In this document: positions 51,040 to 64,000 of the stretch, piece by piece
Layout: each line of letters begins with the position of its first letter
Position numbering within the stretch: position 1 is the stretch's first letter
Assembly: GCF_009914755.1 (NCBI RefSeq)
Contig: NC_060925.1
Length of the DNA: 64,000 nt
Direction: 5' to 3' (one strand)
From: the human T2T-CHM13v2.0 reference genome, Homo sapiens
Position numbers and translations under genes: made by a program
Notes under the pieces: generated by a model
The model's database searches: none
Told to the model about the DNA's origin: nothing
Seen by the model: the letters and a program-made list of their open reading frames with translations, nothing else

Positions 51040-51600
51040 CAAAGTAGGATCATATCACGGCTCAAATCACAGTCCTTCAATCATCTCATTTAGTACATAA
51101 ATGGGAATCCTTACAGTGGCCCGTAAGACCCTGTATAATTAGGCCTCCCACTACTCTCTAAGCTCACCTGGATTTCTTTCCCACTTTCTCACTCCACTAC
51201 AGCTTCACTGGTCTCTTCACTATTTTGAATAATACACATTTGCTTCTCTATCTGAGCATTTACATTTGCTGTTTTGTATTTCTGGAACCCCATTGCTCAT
51301 ATATCTGTACGATTTATTCCTTAATCACTTTCAGATCTTTAAACTATTAATAATATTTTCTTAGTGAGGATTCTCATAGCTATCCTATATAAAATATCTG
51401 GCCACTGTAGCCCTCTCGATCATCCTTCCCTACTTTATTTTCTTGTTGCATTTATTTTTCATTTTTCTGCTTTTAAATGTGTTTCTTAGTGAGAATTTTA
51501 CATCTAATGATGGCAGGAAGTTTTATCTCACTTATTCATGGTCATAGTCCCCATGTACTCAATAAATTATGGTAAAGAATGGATGAATAAATTTACTTAG
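51040..51600 (+). mobile_element. L2 LINE 3' fragment
   Basis: gatcatatcac..ctcaaa..ccttcaat..ctcactccactacagc..cactggtctc...gtactcaataaat..gaatggatgaat. Confidence 0.65.
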
Positions 51601-53809
51601 AAAATTTGTAAAATGATAGGCATAGTTAGTAGGTACAAATAAGCACTCTGTTTAATTTGCCTATATTCAATTTAGAGAAGATTTTCTTAGATATACTAAA
51701 AACAATTCTCAGCAAAGTAGAAACATCTGTAGTTGAAAATTATGACCTAATTCTTCTCCTTTTTGCTCCCAACACTACACTTCAGTTTCCAAAAATCCAC
51801 TCCATTCAATTTTCTCAACCACTGTGATATTTAGAATAGAAATTTGTTTTAGGGGAAATTTTTAGAATACAGCAAATGAGAAGAGCAAATCAAAATTTCA
51901 GTCCTTGAAGATGTTTCTCATCTATAAATTGACAAATATTTCTACGTCCCAGGTTTTCTACGGTATCTTTAAAAAATGTGAAAAAGAAATGTCCATGCCT
52001 ATACATGCCATTAGCAATACAAACTAAGCTTAAACAATTACAACAATAAAAACAGGAACATCCCGACTCTCTGCCTCACCAACCTCAGTGGTTTTTGGAT
52101 ACAGAGATATGGAGAAGTTCTAAAACTGTATTTGCTTAGGACAGATAAGAGAAGAGCAGTCAGCAATAACTGTGGGAAACCGAAGGTGACATAATTTCTT
52201 ATTGCAGCTCTACCATGTGATTACATATAGACTATGGTGGATGAAATTGATTTTCTGAACAGGTTCTACCTATCCTTCTATTTGGCTTTCTTTTTACATT
52301 CATAGGAAAATGAAATTCAAAGTGTATATGTTTCTTTGAGAAAGAAAGCAAATGGATTACCTCAAAAAGTTGCCAGTCGTTGGGAGAGTTATATTGTGCA
52401 TATTAACTTTGCTAATTCATTCACTCTATTCCTATTTTTATTCCATATCACTTACGATAGACACATTCATCATCTCCTGTGTAGTGTAAAATCAGAGGAA
52501 AAATGAAGTTGTTTCCTAAAGCTGCGTACAATACTGTCTATACTTGATATTTTTTATCCAGATAATCCTATGCTACAATAGATTCTGGCAGCCTTAAATT
52601 TCTCCTCAAAATAAATGTCATGTAATTCCTGAAAAATACTAATTGAAAGTATCTGCCTTTCACAAATGTGGTTAAAATCTACCATTAAGAGCTGAAAATT
52701 GATTGAAGTAGACAACATCTGCTTTTAGAACTAACGGCTCTAACAAATAATGTGTTATTCCGGCAAGTGGGAATACACATACTTTAGATATGCTATGGCA
52801 TGTCACACACAAGAAAATTAGCTTTCAAAGTGGTATGTCAACATTAATTTTCATAGTTTCGTAATATCTCTAATCATAACCAATGGTGTTAGACAAAAAC
52901 ACCTGCTGTCCTTTCTGTTATTTGTTTGTAAAATTAAATTCAAAGTAGCATAACTACTATGTAACTGGCTCTCCACCCTGGGGTAACATGTCCTCAAATG
53001 TTCTTCCAATATCAGTGGTTGGTGTAAACATAACAATCTAAAGGGACTAAACACAATTTCAAAAGAACACATTTGCATTACTTTTCCTAATAGATTTTCT
53101 GATCCAAAATCAAGTGAGGGAAATATAAATTTTTATTTATGGAATAGTTACCTGAAGATAAATTGAAGAAAGAATTAAAGCCACAGAAGTATTTAACTAT
53201 TTGCCTGTGAAATATTTTTGATTCTATCATGTTCTCTTTTGCTTAATGAATTTGAGTGCCTTATGTGACTTAGAATTTCTGTATACAAAACAAATTCAAT
53301 TTTTTTACATCACTGTCAAATACAGGGCTTTGGATATAGGGACATCATTTCCTTACAGTTATTCTCAACTTAAAAAGCTTATGACTTGTTTAAATCAAGT
53401 TACAGTTGGTGAAAAGGGAGTAATTGCTGCTACTTTTGCTATTTAATCTCCTCCTTCATACAAAACATAATTGACCTTCTCAGCATAATGCCTTTGCAGA
53501 ATATAGAACTAAAAGTGTAAATCCTTTTGTAATGCAATTGTTTCTTGTTAGAGAGAATGTCTCATTGTTATTTACAATCAATTAAGAAGAAGCATCTTGT
53601 TAAAGGCTTTATGGTTGTAGTATCAATCTTTCAACATTAAGTTAACTTTCTATAAGAAGCTTGTGTCAGTATAAACAGAAATGTGCACATAACAATACAT
53701 AAGATTTATAAGTATTTATTAACTTCCTACTCTATAAATAATTGTTGAAAACCTGAAAAGACACAATGGCTAATATTAAGGAGCCTATATTCAATCTTCA
53801 TTATTTTTA

Positions 53810-54520
53810 ACTATTATTTTAAATCACTATTTATTATGAAAATTTCAAACATACACAAACAGTAGAGATTCTACTTGAGGACCCAGGTATTTTTTAGCTA
53901 GCCTCAAACATTACTCAAATATTGTTTTATATGTTTTATCTACCAATTCCCATTTTTTTGTTAGGTTGGGGAAGCAGGTGTTTTAGAATGTTTTAAAGCA
54001 TCTCCCAGATCTCAAGTAATTTCACCTTTAAATATTTGGTGTGCAATTCAGTGTATATCCTCAAATTTTAAAAATTAAAAGGATATTAACTTACAGAATC
54101 ACAAATGTCATTATCACATAACAAAACCAGCTGTAATTTATTGACAAGAACTAACACCTGGGCATATTCAAATTACCCTGATAATCTAAAAATAATTTTT
54201 TAATTCTTAAAAATTAGGATTCAACAAGATTCTGCTCATTTCATCATGTAGTTACATCACTTAAGTCTTTTTCAGTCGTTTCTTTTTTCTCCTCATGCCA
54301 TTGACTTTTTGTAGAAAGCAGATCAGTTTTATAAAATAGCTCACATTTTGGATTCGATGATGTATTCCATGTGGTATCATTTAACTTGTTCTTACCTCCT
54401 TAATTAATAACGTGCACAGCAGAAGTTGTCACCAAAGGTTTGGTTAGATCCAAATGCATTATGTTTTTGGGCAAAGGGTACAAATAAATCTCATAAATGA
54501 TGCTGAATCCACTATGTTTT
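53810..54520 (-). mobile_element. L1MC4/L1MC5-like 3' end
   Basis: tttattatgaaaatttcaaacatacacaaa..gtagag; ttttaaagcatctcccaga; tggtatcatttaacttgttc. Confidence 0.65.
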
Positions 54521-54859
54521 AGTCTTAAATTAATATTCTGTTCCCAAATCATACACACACACACACACACAATATAAACAACTCTGATTTCAAATAAAGC
54601 TCTGTGATTCTCTAAAAATATTTATCAAAAAATAGTCTGCATTTTAAATAGAGGTAAGAAAATATGGTAGCAGTAGTGCCTATTATAATAGAAAGTCTTT
54701 GTTTATAGTCCCAGCATAACTATAAATTAAAGATGTTCCCTTTAATTTTTACTCTTAAAATCTTTACTGTATAGATAATGATATTGACTTATTGACTGGT
54801 GCTTATACTTTAATTTTTAATAAATAAATGTTTCATAAGGACTTACTTTTACCAGAATG

Positions 54860-55100
54860 GCTAATAATTATCAAGTGCCTACTATGTTCCAGATACTTTT
54901 CTAAACATCTCGCCTTTATTAACTCACGTCTCGCCTTTATTAACTCACGTGGAACTCACCATGAACCTAGGAGATAAGTACTAATGTCTTCATTTCACAG
55001 AAAAGTGAATCACAGCCTGGAGCAAAGTAACTTTAACATGAACATTGAAATGGCTGAGCTGGGATTTGAAGGGCAATATGGTACTCTTCTGTGCTACTTA
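54860..55100 (-). mobile_element. MIR SINE containing a perfect 21-bp tandem duplication
   Basis: tatcaagtgcctactatgttccag..catttcacaga..gagctgggatttgaa; tctcgcctttattaactcacg x2 at 54908-54949. Confidence 0.7.
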
Positions 55101-55637
55101 AGACTGCCTTTCCACAAAACCAGCTTCTTCTTAAAGGCATAATAAAGGTAATGGTATTTCCTTCAGGCAATTAAAACATCAATCAATTGTAAAAGATCCA
55201 TATATACATGAAAGTGGTAAGCGGTACTGAGGGAAAAAGACTTTTTGTTTTTCAATAGGGAAATAGAGAAAACCTAAATTATTCATTCGTTTAGTAATTC
55301 ATTCGAGGAACATTTATGGAGCTGAGAATTTTTAATTTTAGCCATAGTCATCCATTCCATTTCTCTCATCAGGCCATTTTATGTTCTTCCTGGTTTGCTC
55401 AATTGTGGGAAAAGTTATGTTCCTACATTAATAATAACATTTAAAATATAAACTTTTAAAGTCTGTCTAGATAATAAGGGAAGCAAAGGATAATTGCTAT
55501 TTATATTTTTCCGATTATCTGATTAGCACCTAAATAAAAAGATTGCATTCAATTCTGTACTTTTATTATCAGAATTAATATAAAAACATCCATTTCTTTT
55601 TCATATCATGACTTCTTGATAGTTTCCAAATCTTTAA

Positions 55638-56006
<369 letters not shown>

Positions 56007-56898
56007 CTCTTTTTACTTTTTTAATCACCTATTGTCAATAAGTTTCACTTATACTGAGTGCAGGTGTTTATATTTCAGACAAATTTTTAGTGAACTGTTA
56101 AGGCATTTTATTCAGAAAAATCATGAGGAACAGGAAAGGCAACAATGATGAGATGTAATTGTATTTTGGTTGATTAATGCCTTCCATGTATCTTTTTGTG
56201 TTGTAAAATCCTTAAGCTGGGAGTCCCAGATTCTGAAATAAGCATCATCTAACATGGAGAACTGTTGTGCTGCTGGTGTACTCCCACTGGGGACTGCAGG
56301 CTACTCCTCACAGGGGTGTGGCCAGAGCCATACTCAGCATCTACAGATCCTCGAAGAGCAGCTGTTTGTTAGCTTAACTCTTTTTCAGTAAAGTAAGTAG
56401 TTGAGTCCATCACATCTAGCAAGTAGATATGGTACTTCTCTGTTTCCTTCAAACTGCTAGACGAGCATTGTTTTTACTTTTTAATTTATTTTCTCTTTTG
56501 CAGAAGAAGAGGTTAACTACTTTCTATGGGCATTCTGAAAGACATATTTGAAAAAAATCCAAAGGCTAGTCATTAGCAGCTAGTGATTCTGAATTCAAAG
56601 AATGTAGAATTCTGAAAATCCCAGGTTTTTCTTATTCCCCTTCAGCACTAATTTTTCTCTGTTACAACCTTATCTCATTGCAGCCAATTCACAGTAAAGT
56701 ACTTCATAATAAAATTTTACTATTCCATGAAAATGGACTAGAAAATAATTTGTTGTATTAAATATGTGTATTAGAAAATACAACATATAAAACAAGAAAA
56801 CAGCAGGTTCATTGATTATGACACATTAATATTGTCATATAACTACTGTTTTCTTATAATGTCAAGCATTTAAATACAATTTTACAAACCTACTTTTT

Positions 56899-57222
56899 AA
56901 TTTATTTATTTAATTTTAATTAATTTATTTTTTTGAGATTGTGTCTCACTCTGTTGCCCAGGCTAGAGTGCAGTGGTGCAATCTTGGCTCACTGCCACCT
57001 CCGCCTCCCGGGTTCAAGCAATTCTCTGCCTTAGCCTCCTGAGTAGCTGGGATTACAGGCACCAGCCACCACGCCCGGCTAATTTTTTTTTTTTTTTGTA
57101 TTTTTAGTAAAGACGGAATTTCAACATCTTGGCCAGGCTGGTCTTGAACTCCTGACCTCGTGATCCACCGCCTCGGCCTCCCAAAGTGCTGGTATTACAA
57201 GTGTGAGCCACGGCACCCGGCC
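56899..57222 (-). mobile_element. AluSg-like SINE
   Basis: Full reverse dimer; TSD caaacctacttttt / caaacctattttt. Confidence 0.9.
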
Positions 57223-57635
57223 CAAACCTATTTTTTGTTAAGTGCAAAATTTTTCTAAAACTGCTTGTTTGTAAACTAAAGAGAGAATCTTTTAAACATA
57301 CGATTTGAATTAAGCATTCACAATGCCAACAGATAGGCATATCTATGTCTATAGACTAAGAACAAAAAAAGGCAGTGAGTTAAATTATGACATATCATGT
57401 AGAATTGAAATCAAACTTGGGAAAATACAAACAAGAAAGATATCTTTTGGTATAGCACAACATGTTGTCAACCAAAGTGAAAATGCCAAAAAATAAAATT
57501 ATCTATGAAATCATGAATAAATAAGGCATATTGGCAAAGCTGAAAAACAGAAAAGTTTTAAAAGGCAACCTCCCACTAAATCTAACACAAAACCGGCCGG
57601 AGCTATAGTTTACTTGGTTAAGAGCAGACTGCCAC

Positions 57636-57660
57636 TACTGTACTGTACTGTACTGTACTG
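57636..57660. repeat. (TACTG)5 pentanucleotide repeat
   Basis: tactgtactgtactgtactgtactg. Confidence 0.9.
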
Positions 57661-58701
57661 GTACGGTATAACAAAATGTGTTTTATTATTTGGGGATATG
57701 AAGAGAATGAAAAATAAAATATTAATATTAGATATTAAAACAAAACTGATTTTACAAAAACAAATTACAGTATGATAGAACTAAAAGCACAAACCAACAA
57801 TAATTGTACAATTAAGAAAAACAGCACACATTAAGGTAACTTAAAACAAAGACTACATAGTGATAAAAATCAAAACAGATATCAAATGTTTATGAAATCA
57901 ATTTGCTAACAATGTGCTATTGATATGTTTGTATTTACTGCAGAAGTAAATAATATTTCTACAAATAAACACTAAAAATATTATTACCTTGGTTCTCCTA
58001 TTTTGAAATGTGTAAAATACAGACAAAAATATAAATTAGTTTCCACATGGAAACCTTGCATAAGCATTAATATAAAAGTTTAGGCAGTAAGTTCTTATTG
58101 AGTTCTAATTATCTGTCAGCATCATTTTAGATACTATTGTGTGGGGAAAGTGGAAAAGGGAGGAATAGAAAAGAAAGCAGAGCTATTCTTTATGAATTCT
58201 AACTGCCTATTACATTAGAACCTCAAATATATGGAATGAATCAATACATGAAGTAAAATAGAAAAAAAGCAAATTAGGAGTATGTAAATAAATGCAAGAG
58301 GAATTTTAAAAAATAAAAATCGTGTGGACTGAAATAACCAAATGAGATGGTAAATGAACTGAGGCTTGTAGAATGAATGTAATGTAATATGAATAAGTGG
58401 AGGAGGATAATAGAGCAATATTACTGTGAAGAATATTATATTACAAGGGTAGTAGCAGTGAAGTGACATGTTTCAACTGACATGATTCCAACTGCCTGTG
58501 AGAACTCCACTTGTAAGATATACCATCAACTTTAATTTGGTATGTATAATATTGAATCCTTCTCTCTTTTTAGTATCATTTTCTGCCATCGGATCCATTG
58601 TTTAACTCACTTACATAGCCTTGAATTCATACATTTGTTCATGTGTACATTCATGTATTGATGCATTCACACACTCACTGGATAGATATGAATATAAATA
58701 T

Positions 58702-59268
58702 TATACTGGGTTGAATAGTGTCCTCCCCAAATCCATGTTCATTCAGAATCTCAGACATCATCTTATTTGGAAATAGGGTCTTTGCAGATATAATTGGTTA
58801 AACTTAGATAAGTTCATATCAGAATAGGCTGGGCTCTAAATTCAAGCCCTTATAAGAATAGGAGATTACAGAAACATAGAGGGAAGAAAGCCATTTGACA
58901 TCAGAGGCAGATTGAAGTAATGCAGCTACAAGCCAAGGAACACCAGGAATCACCGGCATGAAAGGCTTTCTCCCTAGAACCTTCAGAGGGTAAAGTGGGG
59001 TGGGGGTGGGGGAGGGGGAGGGATAGCGTTAGGAGATATACCTAATGTTAAATGACCAGTTAATGGGTGCAGTACACCAACATGGCACATGTATACATAT
59101 GTAACAAACCTGCACGTTGTGCACATGTACCCTAAAACTTAAAGTATAATACAAAAAAACCTTGATTTCAGAATTATATTTTTCAGAACTTTGAAAGAAT
59201 AAATATCTGTTGTTTTAAACCATCCAGTTTGCAGTAATTTGTTACTGCAAACTTAGGCAACTAATACA
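58702..59268 (+). mobile_element. MLT1B/C MaLR LTR interrupted by L1PA
   Basis: gggttgaatagtgtcctcccc..cttatttggaaatagggtctttgcagat..gcagctacaagccaaggaacacc...caactaataca. Confidence 0.85.
58995..59159 (+). mobile_element. L1PA (PA4/5-like) 3' end, ~165 bp
   Basis: ggggagggggagggatagcgttaggagatatacctaatgttaaatgac..gtaccctaaaacttaaagtataat + short A tail. Confidence 0.92.
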
Positions 59269-59400
59269 GAAATAGGTATAGATATAGATAGTGTTTTGTC
59301 TGTGCCGGCTACTGAGATTATAAAGATGCATGAATCTGAGGTCATGTCCCTCAATAGCAGACAGTCTAGGGAAACTGGGATCACTTTTGAATTATCCTTC

Positions 59401-59890
59401 TGTTGGGACAGACAGTTGCAACCAGACTTGAACTTTCTAACACATTATTCTTGAGTGTGCCAGACTTCAAGATTTACCTGTCTTCTCAAACTGAGAAGTC
59501 TCTGTAGCTGGTCACATAGCCTGATGGTGACACCTGTATAATTGTTCGCCCCCCTCGAGGAGGGGAACTGGCTTACTTACTGCTTATGATAATACTTGTT
59601 GCTTGCTCAAAAAGTATTGGACTCTTGGCTCTCTGTTTCTCAGCAGTGATGAAAACCCATCACATGTAAAGAATCCACCTGGACCACTTACATAACCCTG
59701 TGTGAACTGGAGGCAAAGGGAACTGGGGCAAATATGCAGATGCTTATACTGCTTGCTTTGTCATTACTAATAACGACTTCAGTCTCTGACTCAGGAGTCT
59801 GTGTCTTCTGCTGACATCTATGAAAAGCAATACACTAAAATGTTAGCTCGTCGGTATGGTAAAATCTCAGAATTCTGAACAGTTTTTGAG
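59401..59890 (+). mobile_element. ERVL solo LTR (LTR40/LTR41 group)
   Basis: gtctctgactcaggagtctgtgtcttctgctgacatctatgaa..tgttagctcg..ggtaaaatctcaga, homologous to the 3' part of the element at 3393-3886. Confidence 0.65.
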
Positions 59891-60462
59891 ACTTCCTTTC
59901 TATCCATTCAGGTTCTAAATTTTATTGTCTCATTATTTTCAATGTCTGTAAGTACTTAGTACAACTTATATTAAGTTATACTTGCTATGACTTATATTTA
60001 GATAGTACTTAATACCAGTTATACCAAGTACCAATTAGTACTACTTAATACTACTCATAATACTGCTAAAGCTATTAATTAGAATATTGATTGTTTTCTA
60101 AATTGTTTCCTAAATGAATAACCATATCATTCAGCCAAAAGGAAAAACTATGTAGACTTTTCATTGCAAAAGTTCCAGTGAATTATTCAAAGCCCATACA
60201 ATTAGATTTTGTGAATGCTGAAATCTGTATTTTGCTGTCCATTGGTAAGCACTCTCTTTTAATTGTTAGCTAAATATGCTCACTTTCACAATTTCATTTA
60301 AATGATTTCCCCTATTTAGATAGTTGCATCAAACTTTGCCCGAGTTCTTCCCTTATTTTATAGACAAACTGTATATTATCTGAATTGTCTTCAGTTTCTA
60401 CTCCTTAGTGATTCTGAAGTCATTTGAAATATCTCTATACTTATATATGGCATATGCCCTTA

Positions 60463-60846
60463 TGCTATGATTTGAATTTGTTTCCTAACATACATGAGTT
60501 GGAAACTTAATCTTCAGTGCAACAGTGTTGGGAGATGAGATGATTAGACCACAGGGCTCTGCCCTTGTAAACAGATTAATACAGTCATCACAGGAGTCGT
60601 CTGATCCTTGAGAAAGTGGGTTTGCTTTGAAAATAAGTTTGTCCTCCTATTGCTCTCTTGCTTTCTGTGAGTGCTCTCTCACCCTCTTCTGTTCTGCTAT
60701 GGAATGACATAACAAGGCGGCCCTCACCAGATGGTGGCACCTTGATATTGGACTTTATGGCTTCCGGTGAGAAATAAATTTCTCTCATTTATAAATTACC
60801 TGGTCAGTGGAACTCTGTTAATAGCAGCACAAAACAGACTAAGACA
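60463..60846 (+). mobile_element. MaLR LTR (MSTC/MSTD-like)
   Basis: tgctatgatttgaat..gttggaaacttaatc..ggccctcaccagatg...aacagactaagaca; TSD cctta/actta. Confidence 0.85.
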
Positions 60847-61399
60847 ACTTATATCCCTAAATGATCCTGAGCTTTTGAGAGCTGATGGCAATAACTTATG
60901 TTTTTATTCTTAAGAGTCCAGCACAATGTACAATGCGTAGAAGCTGCTTAACAAATACTTATTAATAAAAATAACAACAGTGATACCTGATGGTATTTTA
61001 AAAAATCATTTCAGGTTAAACAGTTTATAACTATTTTAGGAAACTCATTTATTTATATTATGTATTTAATAAATAGTTTTGAACACAAAACATCATATGT
61101 AACACCGTGGGTGTAAAATATTTTGAATCATATCAAAGCTTATCAGAAGGGGCAGAGATGTGCAAAATTGATGTAAAAAGAACAGGGAAGGGAGAAGAGT
61201 GGTTGTCCTATACAAGTAGTATACATTTTCATAAACAACTCTGCACCACTTATGGAAGTAAAAATTAGTGTTTATATTTACCTAAAATCTTTACAGATAC
61301 AAATCAACCTCTGGACTTCATGAGAAAATATATTCCACAGAGTGTCATGAAGGTGACTAAGAAAATTAATTAGATCAGCATTTGCAATGTACCATGAGT

Positions 61400-61560
61400 C
61401 AGAGAATCATGGAAATTAAAGCAGGATAGGACCTTGGAGATCACCTTGTCCAACACCTTCATTTGGTAGATGAGGAAATTGAAACCAGATTGACAAGGAT
61501 AATTTTCCAAGGTCACACAGATAATTAGTAGCAGAACAAGGCCTCAAATGTAAGTATTCA
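61400..61560 (-). mobile_element. MIR SINE
   Basis: gaccttggagatcacc..gtccaac..tagatgaggaaattgaaaccag..ccaaggtcacacag..attagtagcagaac. Confidence 0.7.
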
Positions 61561-64000
61561 AATGCCTAACTAGGGTAGTTTCAACCAAATAAAGGTCACG
61601 CTGTTCTAAAGCATTAAAAAATAAAACAGAGTAAAGAGCTCTGTCATCAAGTACTTTCTAAAGAGGTAATAGTGAACATGTCTATATATGCCTATATATG
61701 TAGCATAAAAATACATATGCATATTTACAGGTTTATATATATACATATTACATATATACACATATATTATATATATACATACTATTTTTTGAATAAAATG
61801 TGTAGATATGCCCATATATCTTTCTTCTCTTTTACAATGCTTTAAAACATATTTTTTTCTCCTTGAAGAATATGTTGTACATTTTATTTCAACAATTATT
61901 AACATGCAAACTTTTTTGATAATAATGAAGAAATAAGCAGTGAGATTGAGATAGCTATTCAGAATATGTAATTGATTTTCTGCATGGTTCATTTGATTAT
62001 CTTAAAGAAATTTCTACACTTCCAGAAATGAATCTAACACTTTAAAATTAAAATCACAATGGGAGGATATAGCAGAGACTATAACTTGTGTGTTAATAGT
62101 CATCTTCCTTCCTTTGCATAGCAATAAACTTTTTAGCTGAGTACAGAGATAGCCAGTCAGTCAAAGGCCAAATTTTCTAACATTTGGTACCTATAGTGAC
62201 TTAAGAGTAAGTTCTGCTCTCTGGATTGTGACTGATATGATATATTCAACTTCTAAGGCATGCCTCCATAGGGAAGAAGCAGGCTCTCTTTTTCATTTCT
62301 CCTTCGCTGCTGCTGGAATGGAGTTACTGTAGTGATAGCTGCAGTAGTCACACAGAACCACAGCTAAAAGGAAACTAGCCCTCTAACACTGTGAATACCA
62401 GCTATAAAAGGCCTTCCTAAGTGTGAAAAATACTCGTATCCTGTGAAAGCTACCATTTGAGTCTTTTACTTCAGAGTAACTTAACATGTACCCTAATTTA
62501 ACTGGAATTGATTTGACTAGGAATTTAGATGTTTCCATTCATTGATAATTTTATGTGCAAAATATTTAAACAATTGGAATAAAAAATGCAAGTTGGCTTG
62601 ACAAAATGCTGATAAAAATTCTTCCAACCTAAGAACAATTTAAAAAATAAATCATTAAAAGTAAATTTAACAGTTTATTTCATAGAACATTGGCTTTTCT
62701 ACATAAATAATGGTATTACATTGTATCTCTGCACTTCCCATATGTTCACCTTGAATTTGCAGAACTATCTGCAATACTAGAGAGATCCATTCCACATTCC
62801 CACTTGACCTCCACCATGGTATGCTTTGACTGTCTTTCCTCTGTGCTGTTCTGGATATTCCAGAGGTATATCCTGTTAAAATACCTGTATCATAGGACTT
62901 ACACCCTGTTATTATAATTGTGTATTTACTTATTTTTATTGTTAATTGAAGCAAGACACCTCAGTATTAGCACTGTTAATTCCCAGTTCACTGACGATGC
63001 TCAGTGTCTTTGCATTTGATATTTATTTCTTTTCCTCAGATCTACATTGGCCAGCTGGCCACATCTTTCATTGTCTTTGTTCAAATTTTGCCTCTTCAGG
63101 GAGATTTATCTATGTAAAATGGCACCCTCCTCCCCAGTCAATCATTATCATGTTAACCTGCTTATTTCCTTCATAGATTTTAATATCAGGAATTATCTGA
63201 TGCATTTATTTGTTGATTGTCGATTGTTTTCTCCTTGCAGTTTTTTTGAATGTACATTACATAGGAGAAAGAGTGCTGGGATTCTTCAAATTCAAACATG
63301 GATATAGTTTCTACCTTCATTGGACTGATAGAGCAGTGAAGAAAGCAAATATTTAACAATGATTACTCATGCAACCATTAAAAGGGTAATGTGACTCTTA
63401 CAAAAATGAAATATTTAATTTGATCACAAACAGTATTTATTTATTTCTTAAGTGAACGAATCATAGTTACTGTGTCTCACCATTGTACACAATATGGAAT
63501 AAAATTATAACTGTAGATAAATTAGTAATGCAGCATTATGAGTCTTTTCTAATAAACTGTTATTTAAATTGATATATTTTATATTTTTATCTGAATTTAT
63601 TTTTATTTCTGAACTAAAGAGATGATTATACATTTGAACAGCTATTCCAAATTTTATCTTTGAAACTGCACGTTAATACATCCTTTATTAATCTGCCTAA
63701 GTGAGAGACACCTAATAGAAATAAATGTGGTCAATAATATAATTTGAAATATTAAAGTGTTTTAAAGTATTTATAGTTATTCATTTATATAAAATACAAC
63801 ATATTGGCCTATTTAAAACATTTTGTAAAAGATCAGTTGTTTTTCAAGGTATTTAATCAAATGTCAGTTCTACCAACATATAATTAGGTTTCATCCTGTC
63901 TTTTCTTCTTTTTACAGTTCTGAATATACAGACTTTCTAAAAGTTACATGAGTTTTTGTTACACCCACAATTATCTATTTGAATAAACAAGTACTATATC

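Noticed and set aside
61606-61992. 128-aa ORF
   Set aside because: Runs through (TA/CA)-rich low-complexity sequence; biased I/Y/M composition; no recognisable domain

Overview
AT-rich primate (very probably human) genomic DNA with a single protein-coding exon. This is the terminal coding exon of BRINP3 (FAM5C/DBCCR1L) on the minus strand, CDS 34441-35557, entered through a phase-2 AG acceptor and followed by a ~350-nt 3'UTR with tandem poly(A) signals. Everything right of 35557 is the preceding large intron; everything left of ~34090 is 3' flank. The rest is a dense transposon fossil record: Alus (AluY/S/J), a nested L1 stack at ~6.1-13.4 kb, Tigger1, MER45A, MER33, MaLR/ERVL LTRs, a 3' ERV1 (MER61-like) provirus remnant, MIR/L2 and microsatellites. 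All other ORFs in the track are repeat-derived or chance. I found no convincing new multi-gene system. The most interesting observations are local mutational scars and BRINP3 regulatory hypotheses. The scars are a 24-bp segment apparently copied into an Alu from 2.7 kb away, an inverted template switch inside Tigger1, and an L1 insertion with target deletion. The hypotheses are a miR-218 site, tandem poly(A) signals with a CPE between them, and in-frame cryptic acceptors. Repeat subfamily names come from recalled consensus sequences and need RepeatMasker/Dfam confirmation.
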